A stretch of 63,995 bases of DNA, the filler included, from Circinaria calcarea (taxonomy: Eukaryota): NCBI GenBank assembly GCA_051942165.1. It is 3 parts of 3 records of this genome, joined end to end, with 100 filler letters (N's around TTAATTAATTAA, not from the genome) between each part and the next. Parts side by side here need not be neighbours in the genome. Positions count along the whole stretch, not along the records: positions 22,112 to 44,121 come from JAVECS010000135.1; 2 more parts are not named here. One strand, given 5' to 3'. The position numbers were made by a program, and so were the translations under genes. Positions 23,993 to 36,834 of this stretch are shown here, one piece after another. Position 1 is the first letter of the stretch, and the number at the start of each line of letters is the position of its first letter. The notes below the pieces were generated by a model. That model did no database searches. It saw only the letters and a program-made list of their open reading frames with translations, and had not been told where the DNA came from.

Positions 23993-26900
23993 TCATACAC
24001 TTGCCCTTCTAGGCGCCATCGTCCTCCTTAGTTTCCTCTTTTCCTCGGTTTCTTCCATCACAGGCAAGACTCCTTTATCTCTTAGATTCTTCAGGAATTC
24101 TTTTCCGAACTTATATCCGACCTGGTAGATTTCTTCAAACTTAGCGAACTCGAGTGTTCCATACGCATCGATTGGAGGCCTCATATAGAGACAACCAGGT
24201 GTAGTCTTCGCTCTCTCCAGCGCGTCTACGCTACTGACATAGGCTAGTCGAGCCTGGATCTCGGAGAGGGTTGGTGGATTGGGGTAAGATGAAAATGGAT
24301 TCCAACGATTGAAAAGTGCCCACATGCCCGATAACGAGTCCCCAAACGCTTGCGGGAGATTGTCGTCTACTGAGCCAACATCAACAGCAAATATAACGTC
24401 GGCGCCCAAAGATTTCATGTGGGCCACGGTAAGATTATCGATATATCCACCGTCAAGCAACATGCTTCCCTCGTCGCAAAGTGGTGGGATCAAACCGGCA
24501 AGAGACATTGAAGCACGTACATAACGCCATACGTAACCAGAAGTGTGTATCTCAGATCTTGACTTGCTGATGTTTGTTGTATTGCAATAGAACTCGAGCC
24601 AGAAGTCTTCTATCTGAGAGTCACCAAATGTCTTAAAGATACCTCTGTTGAACTCGTGACCGGTCGTGTACGACGCAGAAGGGTAGGTAAGGTCAAGAGC
24701 GAACCGCCACATACTACCCATACGACCCGCAAACTTCTTGGCCCGGCCATACATGGGCACGACATCTGCGTCTCGAGCATAAAGAGCGCCAATGAAGGCC
24801 CCTATCGACGTGCCCCCTATGATGTCAATTGGTATACCGGCTTCCTCGAGGGCTCTGATGACGCCCACTTGCGATAACCCGCGAGCTCCACCACCACCAA
24901 GGACAAGTCCGACGGATTTTCCACAGAGACGCCGAGCTAGACGATGAAAATCACCTTTGAAAGGTGTTTCCGCAGAGTATAGCGGTGTTTGACGGATTCT
25001 TCGAGACGTGTACTTTTGAATCTCAGCCTGAAGAACCTGCACCCTTTGCTTCAAAGCTGTACCGAAACGCCTGATTTGAGGGTGTACCGGTTCGGCGTTA
25101 TTGCGAAACGCCATTTGAATATGATGATGACCGCCGTTGATCCACATACGGTTGCGGAGCCACTTCCTGGTAAGACCGGGTGACGAGTAACGTTCGACAT
25201 GAAGTAAGATCAATTCCTTTCTTGCGGTCGTTTTCATGCCTAATAGGAACCTCTCGTACTCTCCAATAGATGGTGATCCTTCCGCTAGGCCAACAAGTAG
25301 AATAGAATCGGCCTGACTGATACACGTTTGCGTCCACGGCGAATTAACGTTAGTGTCCGCAACGTACAAAAGCATACCATATCTCTCTTCCAGGTCTGCT
25401 AGATACTGAGAGAGCTTAAGCTTACCCATCCGGGAGAAGGCATGCCGGCCCAAATGATTTAGAATCACTGATTGATTCAAGGATGTCACACCGTTGACCA
25501 CGCCGATTTGTGTCAAAGCGCTCAATAACCGGCTTCCGAATTCCACCACGGGTACCCCAGCGGTGACGGGTAGGATCGCGACTGTTCGAAGGTTGAGACT
25601 GGAGGTCACAATCTTGTTAGGCGAGGAAGATTTCTTTTCCTTACTCTGCTCAAATAGTGGATCCTCAATCAATGCACGCATACGCTGCGCTATAATCTTA
25701 GATATCTTGATCGTAATGCCAGGGTGCTCGAGAGCTAGACTATTAAAAAGGCTCTTGGGAAACTTGGCCAGTTCGGTATCTCTGATAGCATGTAGAGTGG
25801 CAGGACGTTTAGATTCAGTCATTACCTCAAGCTCACCAACGCTTTCTCCTTGTCCATATTCGCCGACAACTCTCAAGTCACCATTTTCCTTTTCCAGAAT
25901 CGCACGCAGGCGTCCATTAAGCACAATGTAAATCGCATCGCTCTCGTCGCCTTGGTGATGAATTACCTCACCTGCATTGACTTGAACCCACTCCAAGGCA
26001 AAGTCTATGTGGAGGATCAGTCGAGGCAGAAGGCTTGTAAGTCGTTTGGCCATGGTCAATAGTACCACAGGATATTTTTCAACGATGCGTTCCAAGGATG
26101 CCCTCGGTAGAAAGCCAACATATACATCTGTTTTGGCTCGAACATCAACAAACGATCTGTATGATGATATAGTACCAACGTATCCGGCCAAACCTCCAGG
26201 CTTGATCATAAAGAGACTCTTGTGCTGGGATGTCTTCTTTTTACTTGTATTGGCACCAGGCACGTATGACGTTCGCGTTGAATTAGTACCTGTTCGAGAA
26301 AGCGGAGGTAGTAGATCATCATATTCATCTGTCGAGTTGTTTGAGGTAACAATGTTGCCAACGTCATTGCCCTTCTCCCCAGCGGGAATGCTGACATCTA
26401 AGAAACCGTCTATTACATAATACAATCCCGGATTTCTTTCGCCTTGTTCCACAAGGATAGAGCCTTTAGGAAAGTATACAATCTCAACATCGTCTCTCAA
26501 TTCATTACTGAGAGACGGTATTCCGAATTGAGCTCCCCCAATACTTATCCCAGATGTAGACGCTATCGACTCTGAATCTCCATCTCCAGAGGCTTCGTAT
26601 GGGTCAATGAAACCGAAGGCATTGCTGAAAGTCGCTACCTGGCGCCTCGAATCATAGGAAGTCATCCGTGGCGATTGCTCGACAGATTCCACAGACTTCC
26701 GAAATGCGTCTTTGGAATTAGTAAGCCCGATGGCTTTAGCTATGCAGGCAAAAATAGACTCTCGGAACAGACTATCCTCGTTAATTGACTCCTGGTGGTG
26801 TAATTGTAAACCGGCAGGTCTGGGAGAAGGGAAGAAGGGAGACTGTTCAAAACGACCCAGAGGACTCATGATATCTGGTACTTCGGCTGACAGGGCCTGT

Positions 26901-28580
26901 GGACTAAGATGCTTTTCAGACGACAAGGAGGGATTTCGATTTCCAAACCGTGACACCTGAATGTTGGTAAGTAGATCTCCCGGACTCACACCCGAACGGA
27001 CATCGTGTGGAGCCAGCTCACGGCCAGCAGACATTTGAAGGTTGTTTCGAGTGGCTGCTAACTTTGCCTGCGCTATCAAGTCTTTCCGTAAAAGACTACT
27101 CGACCGCCGTCTTCGTCCGACGTGAGGATTATGCAAGGCAATACCTTTCATTCCTTCTTCCTCGGAATCCAGGCGTTCTTTTTCCTTTATGAATTTATCT
27201 TTCAACCTATCCAGCGCAGAGCCCCGAAGATGATTGGGCAGATCGTATGTTGTATACCTGTTCATGTGCTTCTCAGTTCGTAGGACCTCAGAAGTCAGCC
27301 CAAGATACGAATGTGCAGTAGCTAGCGTCACACGCTGAAGTCGAGTCAGGATGACTTGAACGATATGGGCTGTTGCCTTGGGATATACTCGAGTCAGCCT
27401 CCGAAAAGCTGTTGCTGGAATTATGGCTATGGTTGTGTCGACCGTGGCTCTGGCAACGATATCGGGATGGACTGACTTTGGGACTTGAGGCCGGTGTCGA
27501 GGAAGCCGGTTCCCTTTACTAGGTCGATGGCTGTTCTGGTGGTGATTTAAGTTTGAATCTAGATAAAGCGGGGGTACATTTGGTAGCTGCTCTGAGATGT
27601 TTACAGTTGATGATTGACGAGTGTGGTGCGAAACGGGTCTGGTAGGATCTTCTGGGTTTCTCTTTGGACTACCAGGTACAGACTCGGGTGCTAGTCCAGA
27701 AGGAAACCCCGTGCTTGAAGCACTGGACGCTATCCCTACCTCCTCATCTTCATCATGCCGTAGCTTAATGTCCTCCGTGAAAAGTGACAGAATAGAAAAC
27801 ATGGATGACATTGGTGCCCCGTTCTTCACCTCGGTGAGCAACTGGTAGCCTTGGTGTTCCTCTTCTCGATGCTCTCCTTCGTCCTCGTACGATAGTTGAT
27901 CTGCTTTCATCCACGAGCCATGATCTACTGCGTGGCTCTCCCTATTCGATTTGACAAATATCTGCACAAGCCCATCAACTACCAAGCAGAACCCTTTTTC
28001 TTCCTCTAAGAGCAAAGTCTCCCCAGCAATTAGCTTCCTAGTCTGCATTGTCCTTGTCAACTCATGAAAGACCGGTCTCTCAAGATAGCCAAAAATCTTG
28101 ATTGCGCTCAGAAATTCGTCGAGGTAATTCGCTAGACCAGGTTTCGAATCGCCTTCTTGCGTGTCTGGAAATAGGTCGATTTGTGGTTCTTTACGTTGAG
28201 GTTCTGGTGGTAGACGAGCATACATGTTCAGGAAGCGGTAACGGACAACCCAACTGACGGTGGATGCGAAGGCGAGAATGATAAGCAACCTGATGCCCAT
28301 TAGCAAGGCGACATCCAAGTAATGCTCCGAGAACCTACAGGGTGGTGAAGTTCATCGTGATTGTCAAGCTCGTCGAGAAGAGCTTGAAAAGCCAGGTGGG
28401 AAGAGTAATTGAAAACCATGTTATAATCCAAAAAAGCATGCTTGGAATGGCCCTAAACAGAAGGAAGAAAAGAGAGACTGTGAATGAACCTAGCCAGCTA
28501 TTGGAGGGTTCCCCATTGCTAATTGCTGGTACAGTGGCTGATGCTTGGGCGAAGGTCGCCGAAAGACTTCTGCTAGCCAT
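23993..28580 (-). CDS. NTE1: Lysophospholipase NTE1 (cNMP-binding domains plus patatin domain)
   Basis: [17 protein letters not shown] and DGGY patatin motifs, cNMP-binding repeats and C-terminal RRASV. Intron 28338-28290. Confidence 0.96.
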
Positions 28581-29070
28581 GGTGACCACAGAAGGCTCGA
28601 GACTATGGCATCTCGATACATTCCGAAGTCGTCAGTGACTGTATTCAAGCGCATACTAGGGATCCCATCACGACATAGCCAGCTGGATCCACGAGTTTAT
28701 GAGGGTATCTTTCTACAACTTTGTAGATACACACTATGGCGCGCGTAAATATTCGGACGAGGCTAGCCGAGGCACCACGTGACGTGGGTGCATGAGGCTA
28801 GATAAATCGAACACCTAAGTAAGAGGTTGGATCTTGAGAGCTTGTCATCACGGAGGACTATGGCACAAGAACGCATAGTTCACAAGCTTCCTGTTGATTT
28901 CCACCAGCGCTGCTAACAATTGATTCGAATCCTGATCTGCAATAAGAAGACCCTCGTCGCCATCCACTCAAGAACCTTAACACCGTCAGACTACAACGGC
29001 ATACGAGATCAGCGCTACTGTCTCGGTCTTCCAGCGACAGCCAAGCCGGTAAAGGTATAAAGCTCGAAGG

Positions 29071-30054
29071 TCATTGTCTTGATAGAGCCCTCCCCCGCTC
29101 CTCTGTCCGGCCAAACATAGTCAAGCCACCGCCCCTTTCACCCGCAATGTAAAGTCCCTCAGGGTCGTCAAAGAGATCCGCATCCTCCTCCGCATCATCG
29201 TGATCGGCTTCGTTGGGAAGTATTCCGGGATTCGCGGTCTCCGGGCTGGGACTTCTTAGTGTGGCTGAATCTAGAGGTATAATCACGATCCTCCCTCGCA
29301 AGGATGCCTTCATGCGTGCTCTCCCATCCTCCAGTAAGTCTTTGGTGCTCTCGGTGATTCCCCGTGGCTTATCCGCTGGTGATGGATTGCGCCCGTCTGC
29401 TTGCCGTAGTTTGAATAACTTACTTGTTGAGACGTCCATGTCGTTCAGATCACCACAGTCACCCGGTACATCTACGCGAACCACCAGTCCCTTGGCTTTG
29501 AAGTAGTTGTCGTTCCAACGCTTAACGCAGTGGTCGAGGGCTCCACTCAACTCAGCTGTAATGAAGTTGAGTTCTTCGCGGTTCCTCCGCATCTTGTGCG
29601 CTATTGCGGCGGCAGGAAACACGCTGACCAAACCGATCATCATACTGCCAAAAACAGCCGTGCCAGCAGAGACCCCAACAGTTGTGAACCATTGCGATTT
29701 ACTCATTCGGGAGTACTGCCGTATCTCACGTGTGAAGGCCATCCATGACTGCTTGGTGACGCCGGCTCTGTGGAGAACGGAAGGGTACTTGAACCCTGAA
29801 GCCGCGTTCGAATGTTTTGTAGGGACCTGAAGACCTCGGAGGAGGACAGATTCCCTGGCGTAGCCTGGTGAATCGGCCGTAGGAGGTACGACAGAATCGT
29901 CGTCTGAGCCCATGGCAGCAGCATAATTCAGCAACTCCGTTTTTCCCTTCACCTCCTGTCGTCCTGAACAGCTGCTCATAGAATCCAGCCGTGTGTATGG
30001 GGGTAGGTCGTTGTTGTTGGGGTGAAAACCTAACTGAGTCGAACGGTGAAACAT
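29071..30054 (-). CDS. Hypothetical fungal protein with central hydrophobic segment
   Basis: Long intronless ORF with ATG at 30054. Segments GFKYPSVLHRAGVTKQSWMAF and RWNDNYFKAKGLVVRVDVPG. Function unassigned. Confidence 0.75.
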   Translation of the reverse strand: MFHRSTQLGFHPNNNDLPPYTRLDSMSSCSGRQEVKGKTELLNYAAAMGSDDDSVVPPTADSPGYARESVLLRGLQVPTKHSNAASGFKYPSVLHRAGVTKQSWMAFTREIRQYSRMSKSQWFTTVGVSAGTAVFGSMMIGLVSVFPAAAIAHKMRRNREELNFITAELSGALDHCVKRWNDNYFKAKGLVVRVDVPGDCGDLNDMDVSTSKLFKLRQADGRNPSPADKPRGITESTKDLLEDGRARMKASLRGRIVIIPLDSATLRSPSPETANPGILPNEADHDDAEEDADLFDDPEGLYIAGERGGGLTMFGRTEERGRALSRQ

Positions 30055-31027
30055 GGTGCAGTTGGAAGCGAGAATAAAGTAGAAGTGCAATGTGATGTTC
30101 TGGTGATGCTCGAAAAAAATAGAGTAGTAAGGATATAGGAATCTCAAGACTTGGAGTGCCTTGAGCAGTGTGATGCTTGGACAGGAATGGTATGGACCAC
30201 TATGAGAAGGCTATTTCTAAGAACAGCAAGATGGGAAGGGGATGCTCAATGCAGGATTGTCGAAAGGAGAAAGCACAATGGTCTCCACGGTGCACATTGT
30301 TGATGCCTAATATATAGCCTTAGAACCACAAGGTTATCCGATGGCATTTTGGAGTCAACGCGGCTGAGTATCCATGCAGTACCAGTCAGAGTGAGATGGG
30401 AAGAATTAGGAAGGCCCTATTGTCTGACACGCATCCCAAGCATGAATTCGTTGCTGCCTATCCTATGAGGAGCTTGTAAAGATAACCACAAGGGGAGAAC
30501 ACCACCTTGAACAAAAGAGAATACGTCAATTGCGCTCTCTTACCGCGTCAAGCTGAAGGTCGTACAGCATGATAGCTGAGGTGCGCTTCATCGGTGTGAG
30601 AACGATGCATATCCCGATCAATAGCGACGGGGTTAGGTGACTCATTAAGATAGCCTAAGTCATGGGCTCTCTTCCACGAACGCCCAATGCCTACCTGACC
30701 AGGACTCGATGGTGCTTACGAATAGAAACACGCCCACGGCTTGCGCGGTCCTCCTTCAGACCCCAACTTGATGTCGGCGGTGGTAGGCTAGTCACGCCAA
30801 TAAGGAACACTCTCGCCTACGAGTAGAGAGCCCTGTTCAATGCCAAGGAAGGTGTCGCTGCCCCCGCGACCTTCACCAATGACTACCTTGACAGAGAAAC
30901 TTAGCTACCCTCTCTTCATACGTGCGGGGTTCTAATGCCTATAGGCTCTTGTATTTCCCCACAATCGAGGTGAGACTAAGGAAGACAGAATCATTAGGAT
31001 TGGAGTTAGCACATTGTGATTGACACG

Positions 31028-32814
31028 ATGACTACGAGGTATCGGGTAGAGTGTAAGGTCAAACGGTTCTGTAGCGTTTGAAGACTGCCATTGTGCTGAT
31101 TTCCTTCGCAGATGCCCTCAAGGTGGACACCCCCATTTATATATTCAGTTTGGGATTGTAGACTAACATTGCCGTGCTTTTGCCTCGTATAGACTCACCG
31201 AAGGGATCAATTGGTGTGTCATACCATCAATTCCTTCTACATGCAACCGAGCACTGACAAACTCTTCATCGCCTAGATAGAATGGATCAAGGTTCGTTTT
31301 CAACGTCTCTAGGGCATTCACTGTTCAGCTCGTTCAGACTACTAGATGGCATGAATGGGAAGGGATCGAAAGCATCGAAGGCATCCAACGTTGACGTTTT
31401 ACCCACCAGGGTCTCCTTGCAGTCCCTTTTGTCTTGCATTCGCAGCCGGCTGCAGCCTATGATGAGCAGGGCGATGTTGTGGCACGCATGGCACCATCGG
31501 CTTCTCGGCGTTTCGCAGAGATCATGCACGACGTGGAAGAGTTGATCAATGACCATAGTACTGGCTACCTTTAGCTTTCTCTCGTCTGACTCAAATCTGA
31601 TGCTCATTCACTCATAGTCGCTCATCAAAAGAAGGGCACTCATGGCCGTTCAAAACTCAAGCTTCTAGTCCCGACTATAGGGGTCTTCCACACTCCACTT
31701 TTACTTGAGGAAGCCTTTAAATTCCAGGATGGCCGGCGACGTATTAGCTCCCGACGCTTCGTAGCTCCAAGCTTCAACGATGTCCGCTTGATTCTCAATA
31801 CCGCTCAGATACTGAGCCTAGTCCGCGGCGGACCCCTTCAACTTGTAACATTTGACGGTGATGTCACTCTCTATCATGATGGAGCATCGTTGACTGCCGA
31901 TAATCCAGTGATCGAAAGAATCATTCGGCTCCTCTCCCAAGGTACAAAGATTGGTATTGTAACAGCGGCAGGTTACACTGATGCCTCAAGGTATTATGGG
32001 AGGCTTTGCGGACTATTGGAAGCCGTCAAGTCTGCCGTTGAGGAAAGAACCTTGTCCAATCCTATTCTCATTGTTCTCGGGGGGGAAAGTAACTATCTCT
32101 TTACCTTTGATGCTTCCTCGACGAACCTGCTAAGGTTTATTCCACGCGAGACATGGATGCTTGACGACATGAAGCGCTGGACCGAGTTGGACGTGAATGC
32201 ACTTCTCGATGTTGCCGAAGGAGCACTCCAAGAATGCATTGATACTCTCGGACTGTCCGCAGAAATACTGAGAAAAGAACGAGCTGTTGGCATTATACCT
32301 TCCGCGAAACCGAATTCTCGTACATTCACCCGAGAACAGTTGGAAGAGACCGTATTAGTGACGCAACAGATAGTTGAGATGTCACCCGTGGTTAAGAATA
32401 TTCCCTTCTGTGCCTTCAACGGTAGGTTACTCGGCTGTTAGCAAAGAGTCTGCCGGGATTTCCTCAGAACTAGAACATATTCGTCATGACTGATGGGTTG
32501 GCAGGTGGAAACGACGTCTTTGTTGACATTGGAGACAAATCGTTGGGGGTCTTGTGCTCCCAGAAATATCTTGGTGGGATCGAAGGTGGTAAGACTTTGC
32601 ATATCGGGGACCAATTCTTATCCGCAGGCGCCAATGACTTCAAGGTATCATATTATTCCGTTTTTCTTGTAAAAGAGGGATTGTGCTAACGAATGACTAG
32701 GCAAGGCTGGCGTGCACCACAGCATGGATAGCAAATCCAGCGGAGACCGTCCAACTGCTCGATGAACTCGATTTCCATGCAAAGGCGGCTTCCCCCACCC
32801 GACGGCCAGAGTAG
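31028..32814 (+). CDS. ISN1: IMP-specific 5'-nucleotidase (HAD fold), multi-exon
   Basis: Reconstructed N-terminus MTTRYRVEYALKTHRRDQLIEWIKGLLAVPFVL. Motifs TFDGDVTLY, FCAFNGGNDVFVDIGDKS and HIGDQFLSAGANDFKAR. Confidence 0.96.
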
Positions 32815-33494
32815 CTTTGACTATTCAGTCGATCAGACTGTAGGGAACTGCTTGTTGGGAGTTACTCCGTGAGATACCAAGTTAGCGAATGAAATGTTGC
32901 CGAGGAGGAGAACCCTATTGATGTATGGTAAATGGCCAAAGTGTACGGAGAAAGCACTGTACAATCTCGCAGCGGCCCGCTTGCAAAGTCAATGTACATG
33001 TATTTTCGAGACCAGGGATGATCCCTTTGTTCAATGCGGATAAATACGACGGGTTGATGTCAGATTCTATTGTAGTTAAAAGAAGATCATCGCTGTAGAG
33101 TTACTTCTTGTCTCTCGTTGTCTCAATTCGGGCAACTGTAAACTAGATGCCTTACTCGCCTTGGTGAACAATGTGCAACATTGCTTCGATACTTCTGAGG
33201 CACTCATATTAATGTGCAAAAGGAACGAGAATAGTTCTCTGCGGTCTGGAATGAATGTTAAGCGCATTTCCGGGTGATTTTCTCTAGATGGGTAAGACGA
33301 ACCGCGCTTCACAATTCTGAGAATGTCGGCACTACTTGCCTGTCTTTAGAGACTAGGTTGGGCACGGTTCATCCCGTCTGGGTAACGCGCCAAACGAATA
33401 TATAAATATCGAACACTGATAATTAAGAGAGCTCGCAACATTTAATGGACGTCAGCCTTTTCTCGTTGTCTTTTGGTTGATCAAGTACCTGACC

Positions 33495-35612
33495 ATGCCG
33501 CCGTTTAAAGATGAGCATGTTCTCGTAAGTGATCTTTCCGGCAACAAGTGTTATCTCATGGCAAAACTCAGGTACCCATTCAGTAATTGGCGCTCACTAC
33601 TAACGTTTAATGTCTTGGTGTAGATTATAGTGCCAGGCTCCCAAACCACCCTCGCCCGGCTTGGCTTACCTGAATCTTTCACGCCTACAGGACTGCGCAT
33701 TCCCACGCGCATGTTCCCAGCTGCAACCAAGGGAGAATGGGAACCTTTCAAAGTACGCGAAAAGAAAGCTGAAGGTCTGACCATTGAGAACGGACTCGAC
33801 ATAGAGAGCGGACAGCATGGACAGGATGCTAAGATGGGAGATGCAGATACCTCCAACTTAGGGGGAGAGTCAAAATCTGCCGATCAAGAGGAGCCCCTAT
33901 ACGAAGAGGATCTTGCAAGTGAAGAGGGAGCTGTCTTCCCTCTACGCGAGGGCCGAGTTGTCAATTGGTCTTGTTTCTTCGCGCTTCTCACCCATGTCTA
34001 CAACACCCTTAGCCCCCCGTTCCATACGCCTATACTGGTTATAGCACAGCCTGCTTGGACGGAGCAAGACCATGAAACTCTTACCCAGTTCTTCTTCGAG
34101 AAATTCAAGACTCCGGCCTTTTGCTTGATGGATTCGGCGTTGGCAACGTGCTATGCTTACGGTGTGCCTACTGCTACGGTTGTTGATGTCGGCTTTGAGA
34201 AATGCGATGTAACTGCCGTCAGCGACTTTCTTGTCAATGATATCGGAAGGGGCATTGCGCTCGCTGGATGTGGCGGTGAGGGTATGACGCAGAGACTACT
34301 CGGTCTGTTACAAAACAAAGGCTTTACCAGAGACATGTGTGAACAGTTAAAGAGAAGTAGTATCTGCGAAATCTTACCACCAAATATGAGTCTACCAGTC
34401 GAAGTAGATGCAGCAAACCATGCCGTGAATCCGGCGGCTGTAGCCTCTACGGGTGCTACGGGTTCTGAACCCGGGCAAGGAACAAACATTGTAGCTCAAG
34501 GGGGAGTGCCTAGGGGCCCTGGCATCAATACATATGTCGGCGCCGAAGACCAAGATCGCGATTTGAAGGATAACGAGGATAATGAGGGCGTTCTGGATGT
34601 AGCGAGTATTGTTGCCAGTGGTAAAACGAGCGAGTTTCTGGCGAAGAAGGAAAGGGAAAAGGCGGAGAGAGCTGCTGCTAAGAAAGCTGCTGCTGATGCT
34701 GCTGCAGCGCCAAAGCCAGTAAGGTTGCCAAACTCGCAACGAGCAAAAGCTACCCTTCATTACGACGAAAGACGGCTGCTCGATGATAGCGATAGCAATG
34801 AGATGAGATCAGCTGAAACTAATGGTGTAATCGAAAACAGCGATCCGACACGACAGAAGACCCCGGAGCTAGTCCGTAAAGACATTGAGGTTGGCACTGA
34901 GCGATTCAGGGCAGCAGATAACGGTCTTATGGAGCAAATAGCCGACTCTGTCCACTGGTCAATTCTCTCAGTGCCTGAGGTCGGCAAGCGGAGCGAGCTT
35001 TGGGATTCTCTGATCATACTGGGTAACGGCAGTAAAGTCAGAGGTAGTATTCCCTTCTTCCCACAGTAAATTCTCGCCCAGCTAAAACAGTCGCCCGCAG
35101 GATTCAAGGATGCTCTCCTCGCCACCCTCATTACCAAATATCTCATCTCCCCGTCCAGCGCCACTATCTTCACATCTGAACTCCCTTCCAACTTCTCCAC
35201 CCCTGCCGCTACCGGCGCCAACACGCCTCTGCGTGAACAATCAACCAACCATCACGGTGGCGGTGTGAATCCCCTCCTGCTGGCTGCAACCACGGCTTCA
35301 AACCCTACTCTGGCCCCCCCGGGAGCTCAGCAACATCTCCAATCGCAACTCCAGCTGCAACAGTACCAGCAACAGCAACAAACGCAGCATTCCAGCCATG
35401 GACAAAGCCCTACTTCGATAAAACTCACGAAATTGCCCGAGTACTTTTCGGAGTGGAAAGATCCGGTCGGGCCGGAAGAGGCTGCGTTTCTGGGGGCTCA
35501 AGTTGCCGCCAAGGTATTGTTTGTAGTGGACCAAGGGTTAAGTAAAGGCTTCATGTCAAGGACGGAGTGGAATGAATTGGGACCACAGGGGATACATGAG
35601 TTTTGTCTTTAA
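33495..35612 (+). CDS. ARP9: Actin-related protein of the RSC/SWI-SNF complexes
   Basis: MPPFKDEHVL|IIVPGSQTTLA, FFFEKFKTPAF, ATVVDVG, LIILGNGSKVRGFK and FLGAQVAAK. Introns 33525-33623 and 35044-35100. Confidence 0.9.
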
Positions 35613-36070
35613 TATCGATTTGGGAAGGAGTCTGGTTAGACGGTTACGATGATACCCCATTGGAGCTTGAAAAGTACCCATGTAGACGGTTCCTCAAACG
35701 AGGCACGTCATGGAAGATGCATGGGCGGATGTTGTGTTTAGGTTAAAACATTTCTTTCAAGTCTGGATTTGCCTAAACAATCAATCTCTCGCCGTTCATC
35801 AGGACAACAATGGAGCTGACAACTGTGACAGTTACGCTATGAATCCGTGTCCGAAGGTTTTGTGGTAGTCTGCTAATGCTAGGCACCAGTCACTGGGACC
35901 AGCAAAGTGTCAAGTAATTTTTGGAGAAGACATAGCTACAATGCCGGCAGTGGCCCTTGAAGCAAAGTGCACAATCGCTCCTATCACCATGCTACTTCCA
36001 TCCGCAAAGGTCTCAATCCACTCCTCCCTATTCTTCCATTCATGGATGACACAGCCTTGGTAGATCGTCC

Positions 36071-36834
36071 TCAGTTCCCGCTACCCGCATTATCAGCCGT
36101 GTTTTTGACCGTATCGCGGTTTTGCTCAGCATCCTGTCCCGGCTGAGCATCAGTCGCGTTTCCGACCGTCTCACGGTTCTGCCCAGCATCCTGTCCCAGT
36201 TGAGCATCCGCAGCAGTAACGGTATCGCTCCTCTTGCGGTTAGGCAAACCAGCTCCACCTTCCTCAGACGCAGGCTGCCCCCCAGTCGACTCCACATGCT
36301 TCTCGCCCAAGGTTCCGGAAACCTGACTCCTGGAGTGGTGAGTCACCGTGACTTTCCATCCCCTCTGCTCCAGCTCGTCCCGCAGCTCGTGCATCTTCAT
36401 GAAGTTGTCCGCGTGCGTCAGTGCCTTGCCGCTGGAATCCTTGTACCCGTTCTCCTTCCACTTCTTGCCGAGCTCGCCCATGCCGTCGGCGACGAACCTG
36501 TCTCGGGTCTTGATGTCGAGCTGCTCGCACGATTCGTCGGGCTTCCCCAGCGTGTCGCGGACCTCTTTCAAGCTGTGGATGACGGCTTCCTGGGCGGCTC
36601 GGTGGGCCGTCTGGGCACCGTCAACTGGACCTTGGATGGTTGTGGTGATGCCTTCGTGACGGTTGACAATCGTTGCTTGGTAGTGGGCACCTGCCTCTGG
36701 GTCTTGATTTTTGGGTCCGTGGCCTTTGATCAAGACGTCGACCTTCTCCTTCTCACTATGGATAGGTTTTAGCTTTGCAATTTTGTGAAGCGATTCAGAT
36801 TGTGGATGACGTACTGCTCCTGAATGTCGGACAT
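36071..36834 (-). CDS. RNase HI-fold protein lacking catalytic residues, with C-terminal repeats (about 234 aa)
   Basis: Exon 1 36834-36815, intron 36814-36756 (GTACGT...GCTAA...TAG), exon 2 36755-36071, all in frame. RNase H-like segments QTAHRAAQEAV, LDIKTRDRFV and WKENGYKDSSGKALTHAD. Confidence 0.75.
36090..36230 (-). repeat. Coding tandem repeat, about 2.5 x 57 bp (19 aa)
   Basis: RSDTVTAADAQLGQDAGQN / RETVGNATDAQPGQDAEQN / RDTVKNTADNAG. Confidence 0.75.

Noticed and set aside
36122..36772. 216-aa plus-strand ORF
   Set aside because: Antisense shadow of the RNase H-like gene, with a non-ATG start.
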